From an uncultured Pseudomonadota bacterium (GTDB lineage Bacteria; Myxococcota_A; Polyangia; Fen-1088), in the NCBI GenBank assembly GCA_963819375.1, contig CAWFVU010000009.1:876649-940648 (forward strand): 64,000 bases of DNA. The letters run 5' to 3'. The notes beneath the pieces are model-generated. The model did not search any database. It was not told where the DNA came from and saw only the letters and a list, made by a program, of their open reading frames with translations. The translations under genes were made by a program, and so were the position numbers. Shown here piece by piece: positions 20,266 to 29,811 of the stretch (its first letter is position 1; every line of letters begins with the position of its first letter).

Positions 20266-20589
20266 TCAGCGGTGCGAGTGCCACTCGCCGTCGTGCCAAT
20301 CGTAGTGGTCCTCGTGCCGCTCCCAGCGGCCGGGGGCCCACTCGTAGCCGCTGCGCTCGCGGACGTGGTGGCCGCGCGACCAGACGTAGCGGTGGTGCCG
20401 CCAGCCGTAGTGGCCGCGGTCCCAGACATAGCCCCGACGCACCACCACGCGCTCTTCGCGCGCTGGCGGCGGCTCGTCGCGCCCGCCGTGAATGATCACC
20501 ACGGCTGCTTGCGCCGTCGAAGCGGCCAGAGCCGACATTCCCAGGCTCGACAGCGCCAATCCTGCCAGTCCCATCTTCCAATTTGTCAT
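20266..20589 (-). CDS. small secreted His/Trp/Arg-rich protein (RcnB-like periplasmic repeat protein?)
   Basis: Signal peptide MTNWKMGLAGLALSSLGMSALAA, followed by repeats RGYVWDRGHYGWRHHRYVWSRGHH...HEDHYDWHDGEWHSH. Confidence 0.5.
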   Translation of the reverse strand: MTNWKMGLAGLALSSLGMSALAASTAQAAVVIIHGGRDEPPPAREERVVVRRGYVWDRGHYGWRHHRYVWSRGHHVRERSGYEWAPGRWERHEDHYDWHDGEWHSHR

Positions 20590-20783
20590 GCCGAAGCGTA
20601 AGCATGGTCGCGCGCCCGCGCATGGCCCCGCAGGGTAACGTGGGAGATCTCTTGCGTATTCAGCTCGCTAAGCCGACCCCAAAGATGCCGGGGTTCGAAA
20701 CGTGCTTACTGTCGGTCGGTCGGTGACATCGTCATCGGCATCGTGGGTTCGCTCTGAAGAAGACTATCGCCAAGATCGCCGGC

Positions 20784-22070
20784 TTGAGCGCAAGGTCGCG
20801 GCGCACCTTGCTGGTCGCGGGCGTCTCCGCGGTCGCGACGGCTTTGATCGTCGTCATCGCCATCAACGTCTCTTCGGGAGAACACAAAACCGAACAGCCG
20901 CTCTCGTCGCTCTACGGCGTCGACGACCCGGGATTTGTGAGAGCCGCGAGTGTCCTCTTTGGTCCGCCGTTGGTCCCCGGAAACGAGGTCACCCCGCTCT
21001 ACAACGGTCGCCAGATATTCGCGGCCATGCTCGAGGGAATTCGGCATGCGCAAAAGAGCATTACCTTCGAAACGTATATCTACTGGTCGGGTGAAGTTGG
21101 CGCAGGGTTTACTCAGGCACTCGTCGAGCGAGCCCATGCCGGCGTGAAGATTCACCTCATCATCGACGCGGTCGGATCGGGCAAGATGGACGCGGGCCAA
21201 CTTCAGGCGATGAGAGAAGCGGGCGCCGAGATCGAAAAATACCGACCGGTCCGCTGGTACAACCTCGACCGGATCAACAATCGAACCCACCGAAAGCTGT
21301 TGGTCGTCGACGGCAAGATTGGGTTCACGGGCGGAGTCGGCATCGCCGACAAGTGGGATGGCGACGCTGACAGCACCGACCACTGGCGTGACACACACTT
21401 TCGCGTGGTCGGGCCCGTGGTGGCACAGATGCAGGCCACCTTCGTCGAACACTGGCTGGCGACCCGGGGCGCGCTCTTGCAGGGCAACGCCTATTTTCCG
21501 GAACTGTCCAACGCTGGGACGATGCCTGCGCAGATGGTCTGGAGCGCCGACGACGACGGGACCGAGAGCATCCGGCTGATGTACCTCCTGTCAATTGCAG
21601 CCGCTCGGCGAAGTGTTTTGCTGGCCAATTCGTACTTCGTCCCCGATGACCTCTCCGTCCGCACGCTCGTCGCCGCGCGCCGGCGAGGCGTGGACGTTCA
21701 GATCATCGTTCCGGGTCCCGAGATCGACAGCGAGCTCACCCGTGCGGCCTCTCGAAGGAGGTGGGCGCCGCTGTTGGAAGCAGGCATCTCCATCTACGAG
21801 TTTCAGCCCACCATGTTTCACTGCAAAGTCATGGTGATCGACGACCTGTGGGTCTCGGTCGGTTCGACGAATTTCGACAATCGATCCTTCAGACTGAACG
21901 CGGAGGCCAATCTAAACGTCATCGATCGCGGCCTGGCCCTGCAGGAACGGCACGCCTTCGAAAAGGACCGACTTCGCTCTCGCCAGATCACCCTGGATGA
22001 GTGGCACCACAGACCGCTCTTGGATCGGATTGGCGATTGGTGTGCCGGCCTCGTGAGCTCCCAACTCTAG
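20784..22070 (+). CDS. cls: cardiolipin synthase / phospholipase D family
   Basis: N-terminal TM segment plus two HKD motifs, HRKLLVVDG...GG and HCKVMVIDD...GSTNFD. Confidence 0.85.
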   Translation: MSARSRRTLLVAGVSAVATALIVVIAINVSSGEHKTEQPLSSLYGVDDPGFVRAASVLFGPPLVPGNEVTPLYNGRQIFAAMLEGIRHAQKSITFETYIYWSGEVGAGFTQALVERAHAGVKIHLIIDAVGSGKMDAGQLQAMREAGAEIEKYRPVRWYNLDRINNRTHRKLLVVDGKIGFTGGVGIADKWDGDADSTDHWRDTHFRVVGPVVAQMQATFVEHWLATRGALLQGNAYFPELSNAGTMPAQMVWSADDDGTESIRLMYLLSIAAARRSVLLANSYFVPDDLSVRTLVAARRRGVDVQIIVPGPEIDSELTRAASRRRWAPLLEAGISIYEFQPTMFHCKVMVIDDLWVSVGSTNFDNRSFRLNAEANLNVIDRGLALQERHAFEKDRLRSRQITLDEWHHRPLLDRIGDWCAGLVSSQL

Positions 22071-22357
22071 GGACTCGTGTGACGCGTGGGGCCTGGCTTG
22101 GTCCTGTCGTCGGACTGGACGAGATGTCAGCGCCGAAGGTCGATTCAGGCCGGCGCGAGAGCGGGCCGGGCTGAAAATTGCTTGAGCGCAAAGTAGTTAC
22201 GGTCGGTTCTCTGCCTGCTCGACCAACACTCTCTCGACGCTAGGCACATATGCCGCGTTAATTCGAGGAGGACCGGATTGGCGATCACCGTCTGGTTGCC
22301 GAGGTTCCGTATCGTGCATATCTCGGCTGGGCGCCAACCCACATGAGGAGACCGCCC

Positions 22358-22761
22358 ATGGATTTCAAGGCAATGAATCGAAAAGAGTTCTTCGTTCTGA
22401 CCTTCACTCTGCTCGGCACCGGAATCGCTGGTGTGGTCGCGTGCGGCAGCTCGACGAACAACGGTGGAGGTGGGGGGGAGGCACCAACGGCAACCTGACC
22501 TGCGCCGATCCCCTGCCCGAGACGCAAGTTCCAGATTCGACCGGACATACCCACACTGTCACGGTGGCCGCAGCGACTCTCAACGCGACGACCGATCAGA
22601 CCTTCACGACGTCGCCGGGGGGGACCGACAGCCATACCCACATGATCACGCTGGCGGCCGCCAACCTGGCAGCCGTCAAAGCCGGTGAGACGGCGACGGT
22701 CACCTCGACGAGCACCGACTCGCACACCCACATGTTCGCCGTGAGCTGCACCGCGGCCTGA
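22358..22761 (+). pseudogene. small lipoprotein with three DS(T)GHTH-x-hydrophobic repeats, interrupted by a frameshift in a G7 run
   Basis: SD GAGGAG precedes the ATG at 22358. Lipobox VVAC. The frame ends at 22498, and the protein continues in the -1 frame from the G7 run at 22472-22478; a G8 would restore one ORF. Repeats GHTHTVTVAAATL, SHTHMITLAAANL, SHTHMFAV. Confidence 0.55.
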
Positions 22762-22969
22762 GTCGCTGGTGGCCGCTGGTGCCCCCCGCGCGCCTGACCA
22801 ATTCACCAACTCCGAGCTCAATTCCCGCTTAGATTTCGGGCGGCGTGAACGATTGCCGCTACTACCGCTAAGACGTGCGTGGGTCGCTCCGGAGCACTAA
22901 CCTTGGATGTAGGTAACGGGGACCCCCAATGCAATTTCTGCCGGCAGCAGGTAAGGCAGCGCCGCCGAG

Positions 22970-23530
22970 ATGATTCGGCTTCGGTACGGCTACGCCCTGG
23001 CTGGAATGGCAGACGGTCGCCGGCCCACTCTGCGGGGTATCGCACGAGACAGATCGGCGATGGTCTTCATCACGCTGGCGGCACCGGCCCTCGCCACGGT
23101 CCTCGCGCACGCGACCGCCAAACGGTTGGAGCTGAGACGGCTATCACGCGAGAGCACGGAATGGCCCGCGGTCACCGGCGTCGTCGTCGATACCCGTGCG
23201 GTGTGGTCCTCCTCGCCGAGGAGTGGCCGATCGTACTGGCCGCTCGTTCACTATCGCTACTCCGTTGACGGAACGACCTACGACGGTGACCGAGTGAGCT
23301 TCCGAGCTGACTATGGGCACGCCGAAACCGAAGATGCAGTCGCCAAATATCCGGCGGGTTCGGTCGTCTCGATCTTCTACAGCCCTGGCGTCCCTCAGAG
23401 GTCGGTCTTGGAGCCAGGCACGTGGCACGGTGGGCCGCTGATGACCGTGTTGGTTCTAACTACGGTCGTAGCAACTGCCCTCGCAGTCGTCTGCGTGGCG
23501 GTATTACTGTTCGTTTCGAAGCCGAGATGA
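22970..23530 (+). CDS. DUF3592-like membrane protein
   Basis: TM helices at both ends, with a central WPLVHYRYSVDGTTYDGDRV...YPAGSVVSIFYSPG block typical of DUF3592. Confidence 0.55.
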   Translation: MIRLRYGYALAGMADGRRPTLRGIARDRSAMVFITLAAPALATVLAHATAKRLELRRLSRESTEWPAVTGVVVDTRAVWSSSPRSGRSYWPLVHYRYSVDGTTYDGDRVSFRADYGHAETEDAVAKYPAGSVVSIFYSPGVPQRSVLEPGTWHGGPLMTVLVLTTVVATALAVVCVAVLLFVSKPR

Positions 23531-23738
23531 GCTGCTCGCGCCGCGCGCGGCCGAGTGATCGACCAGTTCGAAAAGCTCGCGGAGGCGTTTCAATCCGCTG
23601 ACGGATTCGAAACAATGCGCCCGCCTAAGAGGCAGCTCCCTATTTCATCGTCAGCCGCCTGACGCAACGAACGAAGCGCGACGATCAACTCAGGAAAACC
23701 ACTACACGGAACGTGGGGACCTCCGGACAAGGCGTCTG

Positions 23739-24188
23739 TTGCGCTCAAGTTATGGATCGGCCGGCAACATGCACGTCAAATCTGAGAACTATTTCGATCT
23801 GCGGCGCTGCGTCCCGATGTCGCGCGAAGAGGAGCATCGCTGCGCGCTCGAGTTTGTCAGGACCAAGGACCCCGTCCTCGCTCAGGGGCTGGTCCTCGCG
23901 AACATGCGGATGGTGGTGGCGTTGGCGCATCACCATTGTCGCGCGGCGAGGGACCTGGGCGACTTTGTGTCGCGCGAGCGTACGCGCCAACTGGAGCAGC
24001 GACTCAAGATCAGGATCCGCGCCCATCTACAGAAAGAGCTGGGGGACGCCTTCGAAGTGCCGGTCAGTGCGGCAGGTCGGCGGCGGGGTCTAGCGGCGAC
24101 GGAGGAGATGGTCGAGACCAGCATGTTCGAAGAGAGCAGCTACCCCATGTGGGTCCCCGAGGTCGCTCCCTCGCAGGTGTCGTCGTGA
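23739..24188 (+). CDS. hypothetical protein with weak sigma-70 region-2-like segment
   Basis: SREEEHRCALEFVRTKDPVLAQGLVLANMRMVVALA resembles sigma region 1.2/2.1 (L..EE...L...GD..A...L...NLRLVV.IA) but lacks regions 3 and 4. Stop overlaps the next gene in a GTGA motif. Confidence 0.35.
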   Translation: MRSSYGSAGNMHVKSENYFDLRRCVPMSREEEHRCALEFVRTKDPVLAQGLVLANMRMVVALAHHHCRAARDLGDFVSRERTRQLEQRLKIRIRAHLQKELGDAFEVPVSAAGRRRGLAATEEMVETSMFEESSYPMWVPEVAPSQVSS

Positions 24189-24721
24189 GCGTCCGGGTCT
24201 TCGTCGCGAACGATCATGGGATCCTGCGGGGCGCACTGAGCGCGGTCATCAATATGCAGTCGGACATGGAAGTGGTTGGTGAAGCGGCCACTGGATTAGA
24301 CGCCGAGATCGGAATCAAAGAGATGGAGCCGGATGTCGTGCTGATGGACAGCAGCCTTCTCAATGGCGGAGGGCTCGAGGCCGTCGCCGCGCTGAAGCGA
24401 CTTCGTTCCGGGACGCGGACTGTTGTCCTCACGTTCCAGGAGGAGCTCGGTTACAGTCGGGGAGCGGGCACCTTCGGATATGTTGTGAAGAGGGTGATGA
24501 ATACCGAGCTGCTATCCGCGATTCGAGCAGTCGCCCAGGAACTGACCTTCGAGGGCGCTTCGATTGAGGTGGAATCCGTGCAGCGTTCGACCCGGTCAAG
24601 CCCCGCTGACTCCGCGGCCTACACACAAGGGACAACAGGTGTGACCGACCGAGAGCTGCGGTTGCGGCGCGCTTGCGCCCGGCGGACCCGCCCCTTGAGG
24701 GCGCTCATCGATCCTGCCTGA
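24187..24721 (+). CDS. NarL-type receiver domain protein lacking HTH (degenerate paralogue)
   Basis: VRVFVANDHGILRGAL...PDVVLMDSSLLNGGGLEA...VVLTFQEELGY is about 60% identical to the receiver at 25181. The second Asp of the DD pair is Asn, and there is no LuxR HTH. Confidence 0.5.
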
Positions 24722-24919
24722 ACGCGCTGACCTTCGGGGCGGGTCCATGGCTGGACGTAAGGACGAGCGTGACTGCGAGCTCGTCCGGCTACCCTGACAT
24801 CATGGAATTCGCGGATGCGCTGTGCGATGGAGTCGTGCTGTTTGCGCTCGCGGCGGTGGCGGGCGTCTGGTTCTTTCCGGCCACCCGGACGACCGCTCGC
24901 GCTAACTGGCATCGAGCAA

Positions 24920-25155
24920 CCGCTCATGCGCGCCCGAGTGCTCGTGGCCGCGGTTAGCATAGTCTTCCGCCGAAGCGCCAGGGACGTCCGTTTGGTGGTC
25001 GAGGACGATGGAAAGGGCTTCGACGCATCGGAAACGCCGTCCGCGGGGCATCTTGGCCTCGTGGGGATGGGTGAACGCGCCCATCTCGTAGGAGGCTCGA
25101 TAACCGTCGAGTCCTCGCCGGGACACGGCACAACCATTTGTGTGAACGTCCCACT
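24920..25155 (+). pseudogene. histidine-kinase HATPase_c C-terminal remnant (NarX/DesK-type)
   Basis: RDVRLVVEDDGKGFD...GHLGLVGMGERAHLVGGSITVESSPGHGTTICVNVPLP, with no upstream HisKA or sensor. It runs in-frame into the next receiver. Confidence 0.4.
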
Positions 25156-25180
25156 TCCGGGGCCAAGGCTGGTTTTCGTG

Positions 25181-25847
25181 ATGAACGTGCGTGTCTTCAT
25201 CGCCGACGACAACCGAGCCTTGCGGGACGGTCTGCGCGCGCTCGTCAACATGCAGCCGGATATGGAAGTGGTTGGAGAGGCGGCGAATGGGCCTGATGCC
25301 GTGATCGGAGTCCAAAACACCACGCCGGACGTCGTACTGATGGACCTCACTATTGCCCGACGGCGGAGGGCTCGCCGCCATTGTCGCTCTGAAGCGGGGC
25401 GGTTCGAAGACGCGTGTTGTCGTCCTCACCGCTCACGACGAGCTCGGCTACGTTCGGGCTGCGGGGCAGGCGGGCGCGGTCGGCTACGTGGTGAAGAGCG
25501 TGGTCGATACGGAGCTGTTGGCGGCGATTCGGGCAGTCGCGCAGGGAGGGACCTTCATTGACGCCGCACTCGCGTTGGGGTTCGCGCAAAGCTCGATGCG
25601 CTCGCCCCCTACCGGCGCAGGCGGGCTAGGGACAGCGCAGCTGACCGGACGGGAGCTGGAGGTCATGCGACGTCTCGCCGAAGGCTTCACCAACGGTCAG
25701 ATTGCGAACGAGCTGCGGTTGGACGTCAAGTCGGTCGAAACCTCTCGTTCCGTGGTCATGGAAAAGTTGGGCCTGGCTTCCCGGTCCGCTCTCGTGAGAT
25801 TCGCGCTCGACTGCGGAGTTCTCGCACCCGGCGGGCACGCCGCCTGA
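25181..25847 (+). pseudogene. NarL/FixJ-family response regulator (REC + LuxR HTH) with 1-nt insertion frameshift
   Basis: MNVRVFIADDNRALRDGL...PDVVLMDLT then a frame change. Deleting one T at about 25343-25345 (attgccc to atgccc) restores MDLTMPDGGGL. The downstream frame carries the LuxR HTH LTGRELEVMRRLAEGFTNGQIANEL. Confidence 0.6.
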
Positions 25848-26049
25848 AGGCCATTCGGCGACCCTCGCTCACTTCCGCGTCAACGTGGGCGTCCGACGCT
25901 GGCGGGTCCATGGCGAGAGCGAGTCCAATGAAGCCGAGCAAGTGCGCCATGCCCACTGCAGAAAGGGACATCCCTCCCGCAGAGCCATGGCTCAGCGAGC
26001 GGCACCACGGCCAGGTTGCGCAGTAGGCCAGCGTCCTTTCCAACGGCGG

Positions 26050-26730
26050 ATGACGAATCTTCTTAAAGGCACAGCAGTTCGCGCGCTGCCGGTGGCGTTG
26101 GCGGTCAGCGGCCTCTTGGGGTGCTCCCATGAAGCGCCGGCCCTGTCGACTGCTCGCTCTGTTCCGAGTTCGTCACTGCACGTTGCGGTCGAGGGATTCT
26201 GTTCGAAGCTCGCGCTCGCGCGCCTGGCGAATCGCACAATCATCGTGCACGGCCGTGCCAGCGATGAACCCGGCGAGGTATCCGAATCCTTCACCGAGAT
26301 CGTCGGAACCACTCCGCATCGACCGGTCGATCTTTTGTCCGGTCTTCCGGTCGACCCGCGCGGCTACGTCCCCGAGGATCTGGCGCCGTTCGGCTGGTGG
26401 CCGAACGCGACCTTACTCCGGCGCACCCGCCTCGAGCGGCTTCCGATCGGCGGACCTGTCGACGTCGACGAGGTCAAGACCCTGAGACGCTGGAACGGTA
26501 AGTGGATCGACGAGCGACACCATTCTTCCGCCGTGAGAGCCGCTCAGCTGAACCAACGCACGTTTGCTTCCTGGTCGGGGCCGATCACATCGCCTCGGCG
26601 TGCGACGGAGGCATGGTGCGGCAGATCTAGAGGATCTGCAAGAACGCGAGCAGCGCTGCACGCTCGCGCGCGTTCATGTGGATGGGATGGCGCCGCCCAT
26701 CCACCGACTGGTTGTAGCTGTCGCCGTTGA
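26050..26730 (+). CDS. putative lipoprotein, 3' end uncertain
   Basis: MTNLLKGTAVRALPVALAVSGLLGCS lipobox. The last 30-40 codons overlap the convergent peroxidase gene and look like GC-frame junk. Confidence 0.35.
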   Translation: MTNLLKGTAVRALPVALAVSGLLGCSHEAPALSTARSVPSSSLHVAVEGFCSKLALARLANRTIIVHGRASDEPGEVSESFTEIVGTTPHRPVDLLSGLPVDPRGYVPEDLAPFGWWPNATLLRRTRLERLPIGGPVDVDEVKTLRRWNGKWIDERHHSSAVRAAQLNQRTFASWSGPITSPRRATEAWCGRSRGSARTRAALHARARSCGWDGAAHPPTGCSCRR

Positions 26731-27943
26731 AGTAGTCGACGACCTCGGCGAGCGTCGCCGCCGAGTTGTCGTGGAAAAAGGGGCCGAGCTGCGCCACGCG
26801 CCGTAGCTGCGGGACCTTGAACTTGTGCAGGTCCTCGAACCGGAAGGTGGCCCCGGCGAGGCCGACGTCGTCGACCACCGGGACCTGCACGACGGTCCCG
26901 TCCTGGGCGACGAGCGGCAGGATGAGCTGGACGCGGCGGCCGGTCGCCGGGTCGAAGCGCCGGAACTCGAGGTGAAGCGCGTTCCGCTCGGCGACGCCGA
27001 TGTCGAAGGTGTGCCCGAAGGGAGGCGGCCCGGCATGCGGCGGGGCGTTCACGTGGTCGCGGTTGCTGAACACGTTCGGCAGGTTGTGGCAGTCCATGCA
27101 GTAGTGCTGGAAGACGTCCTGGCCCTGGCGCTGCTGCGTCGTCGCCGGGTGCACTGTGGCGAAGGGATCGTTGACCAGCGTCTGGAACATGGGATCGCTC
27201 GGATCGAGCAGCGCCCGGAGCTCCGGCGGATCGATCTGCTCCTCCATGAAGCGGCTCATGTCCTGCAGGCGCTGCACGTCGACGAGGTCGTCGAAGCGGA
27301 GGTCGCCGTTTTGCGTGTGCGTGAAGACAGCGCCCCGCGATGTCTCCACGAGCTCGCGCATGCGGCCCTCGTTGAGGAACCCGAATGTGAAGACCGTGTT
27401 CACGAACCGTTGCGTCTTGCGCCAGACGAACAGCTGGCGGGAGTCCGAGTCCTCCGGGAAGAACGGGTTGAGTCGGGTCGGACGATGAAACAGGAGGCCG
27501 AGCTGGTCGAAGATCTGCAGGCCCTGCGGTTCGACGCCGATGTCCGCGGGGAGGCCCGTGAACAGCACGTCGGTGAGCGGGATCGTCGACGACAACGGCA
27601 GGGGCGGCAGCCCGAGCCGTGCCGTCCCAGGCCGGTGGCAGGTCGCGCAGGTCCGTCCGTTGCTCGTCACCGTGCCAGCAACTTGCGACACGCCCTGGAA
27701 GAGCGCCTGGGACGGATCTTGCGACATCCCATCCGGGCCGATCCCGAAGGCTGCCTGGCCGCGGATCGGGTCGCCGAGGTCGCCGATTCGCTGCGGAAAC
27801 TCGATCTTGTCGGTGAAGCGGATCGAGGCTTCGAAGAGAGCCCGGAGATCGGGACTGTCCTTGGCCCACCCGGTGAGCCCCATCAGCGTGACGACGACCG
27901 CCAGACCGCACTGCGCGATGCGTGTTCGAGTCTTCATGGTCAT
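26627..27943 (-). CDS. di-haem cytochrome c peroxidase family protein (MauG/MbnH-like)
   Basis: Signal peptide MTMKTRTRIAQCGLAVVVTLMGLTGWA, and two CxxCH motifs (CATCH, CMDCH) at the spacing typical of bacterial CCP/MauG. Confidence 0.85.
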   Translation of the reverse strand: MTMKTRTRIAQCGLAVVVTLMGLTGWAKDSPDLRALFEASIRFTDKIEFPQRIGDLGDPIRGQAAFGIGPDGMSQDPSQALFQGVSQVAGTVTSNGRTCATCHRPGTARLGLPPLPLSSTIPLTDVLFTGLPADIGVEPQGLQIFDQLGLLFHRPTRLNPFFPEDSDSRQLFVWRKTQRFVNTVFTFGFLNEGRMRELVETSRGAVFTHTQNGDLRFDDLVDVQRLQDMSRFMEEQIDPPELRALLDPSDPMFQTLVNDPFATVHPATTQQRQGQDVFQHYCMDCHNLPNVFSNRDHVNAPPHAGPPPFGHTFDIGVAERNALHLEFRRFDPATGRRVQLILPLVAQDGTVVQVPVVDDVGLAGATFRFEDLHKFKVPQLRRVAQLGPFFHDNSAATLAEVVDYFNGDSYNQSVDGRRHPIHMNARERAALLAFLQIL

Positions 27944-27951
27944 CGCCCCCC

Positions 27952-29046
27952 TCAATGCGCCATCTCGCAGAACCGTGGGCCCGTCACGTGCGGCTCGGCC
28001 ACGAACGATTGGCACCCGACCCCGTTGCCGCCGACGATCTGCCGCAGCGCTGGGGCGACCTGCAGGATCACCGACGAGAGGTGGACCACCGACCCGTTGG
28101 GGACACCGCCTTGCCGTCCGACGGCGTTGCCGATGAACGCGATGCCGCTGTAGCCGTAAGGCTCGAAGCCGAACGTCGCCGGGAAGGGCTGGTTCTCGTC
28201 GACGGTGGTGTCGAACGCCGCGCCGCCGCGCAGGACGTCCCGCCAGGTGGGGGCGAGTGACGGCGGTTGCCAGGGGCTGGCCCACGGACGCAGCTGGCCG
28301 AGCGTGACCTGGACCGGGTTGCTCTCGCAGAGGTCGAGGGGGATGAACGAGGTGTACACCAGCGAGACGGCTCCGCCCTCCGCCGTCACGTGGTCGTACG
28401 GGACGGTGTACTCGTGAAACATGGTCCCGTCGTCGTTGGCGAAGAAGAGCTTGCTCCCGAACAGCGTGAAGACGGGAATGTCGACCGGGAATGCGGTCGC
28501 CGGCGGGCCATTCGGAAAGTCGTACTCGCTGCCCACGAACTGCAGCGTGACCCCGTCATAGTAAAACTTCTTCGTCAGCCCGGTCGGCGCGGTCAGGATG
28601 GTCCAGAACCGGAAGCCGCCGCCGTCGAAGCTCGCCGGCGATTGATGGGCGCGGTTGGTGAAGAAGTCGACGCCCTCGGTTCGGTGGACCGACGGGTGGA
28701 CAGGCACCTTCTTGTAATTGATCTGGTAGTGAACCTGGTTCTTGTGACTGTCCCAGTCGATCCGGAGCGTGGCGCGGGCGTCCGTGCAGTCGTGGTCGGG
28801 AGGCACGAACACGAAGTCCTCTATGGCCACCGCCGCACCCCGGTAGAGCGGAGCGACGAGCGAGCCCCGATCGTCGTCGCCCGACCAGATCGGCGCGACG
28901 AGCTGGTCATCGAATTGCGTCCAGCGGCGGTTGGCGGACGGGACGGTCGAGTCGAGCTCCCTCTGGTACGACACGTCCTCGGCTGGCCGCTGGGAACAAG
29001 CCAGCAGACACGCGCCCAATACACCAATCCAGCGTAGCGACCTCAT
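27952..29046 (-). CDS. lipoprotein encoded 8 bp upstream of the peroxidase (possible MbnP-like partner)
   Basis: MRSLRWIGVLGACLLACSQ lipobox. Trp-rich (WTQF, PIWSGDD, FRFWT, RPWASPWQP). Synteny of an upstream partner followed by a di-haem peroxidase resembles MbnP-MbnH pairs. Confidence 0.7.
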   Translation of the reverse strand: MRSLRWIGVLGACLLACSQRPAEDVSYQRELDSTVPSANRRWTQFDDQLVAPIWSGDDDRGSLVAPLYRGAAVAIEDFVFVPPDHDCTDARATLRIDWDSHKNQVHYQINYKKVPVHPSVHRTEGVDFFTNRAHQSPASFDGGGFRFWTILTAPTGLTKKFYYDGVTLQFVGSEYDFPNGPPATAFPVDIPVFTLFGSKLFFANDDGTMFHEYTVPYDHVTAEGGAVSLVYTSFIPLDLCESNPVQVTLGQLRPWASPWQPPSLAPTWRDVLRGGAAFDTTVDENQPFPATFGFEPYGYSGIAFIGNAVGRQGGVPNGSVVHLSSVILQVAPALRQIVGGNGVGCQSFVAEPHVTGPRFCEMAH

Positions 29047-29354
29047 CGCCCCCCCCCTTTTGCTCAAACACCAACGATTGTCGGAATCATCGTTATCATC
29101 GGTCGACAATTACTGTCAATCCATAAACAAATAAAATCGAGATTGTGTGATTGCTTGCGAAGATTAGTTGCAGCCTAATGACCCACCCACAACCACCTCG
29201 CCCCGTCCTGTGCAAAGAACGGATCTACGAAAAGCGTTTGGGAATTGCGGGCTTCGCGAGGTGACAGAAGGCCTTTGCGAACTAGATCCCGGCGGCGTAC
29301 AAGGTCACGAGCCTGACGCACATTCCGGAGCCCCGAGCGGGGTAAGGCCATCGT

Positions 29355-29811
29355 CGGTGCCGCGAACCCTGTGGCGACGAGAAACCCGCCCGACCATCCT
29401 GCGGAGCTCGTCACGCCGCCTTCCTGATGTAGCGGTGGTGCAGGCCGCTGACCTTCAGAAGAGCGAATACCTTCCCGGCATGATCGCGTGCCGCTCCGGA
29501 ACCAAGACCGTCAGCCGTTTCAGTCGTAGCGCACGAATCGGGATCAATCGATCCTCGAAGTCGTAGGGAGCGTCCGCCGCTGCGGCGAAGGAGACCGGAA
29601 TGGTCAGGCCAGTGGAACGCTGCGCGGCTTCGACCGCCTTCTGGACGACCGGGGTCAGCGGATGGAAGGTGTCGATGTCGTCGGTCGGCCGGGCGTGCAA
29701 CGCTCCGACGGTCAGACGAAACACATTTCGAGACTCCGTGTCATTAAGGCCTGCGGTAGCTCGATTCCGATAAAAACAATGCGGCTCTCCCGTGTGTCCA
29801 TGGCCGTCCAA
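29355..29811 (-). pseudogene. remnant of nucleotidyltransferase (AbiEii/DUF6036-like) gene, copy A
   Basis: TDDIDTFHPLTPVVQKAVEAAQRSTGLTIPVSFAAAADAPYDFEDR...LRLKRLTVLVPERH is about 90% nt-identical to the gene at 62154-62727. It is frame-broken, overlaps the COG0523 gene, and its tail ...GLHHRYIRKAA* recurs at 38575-38690. Confidence 0.5.

Noticed and set aside
26544-27911. 455-aa minus ORF overlapping the cytochrome c peroxidase gene in another frame
   Set aside because: R/P-rich junk. The peroxidase frame carries two CxxCH motifs and a signal peptide.
29168-29566. 132-aa plus-strand ORF across the nucleotidyltransferase remnant
   Set aside because: It is the antisense or out-of-frame reading of the remnant. 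Its conserved part (TLWRRETRPTILRSS) simply reflects the duplicated DNA.
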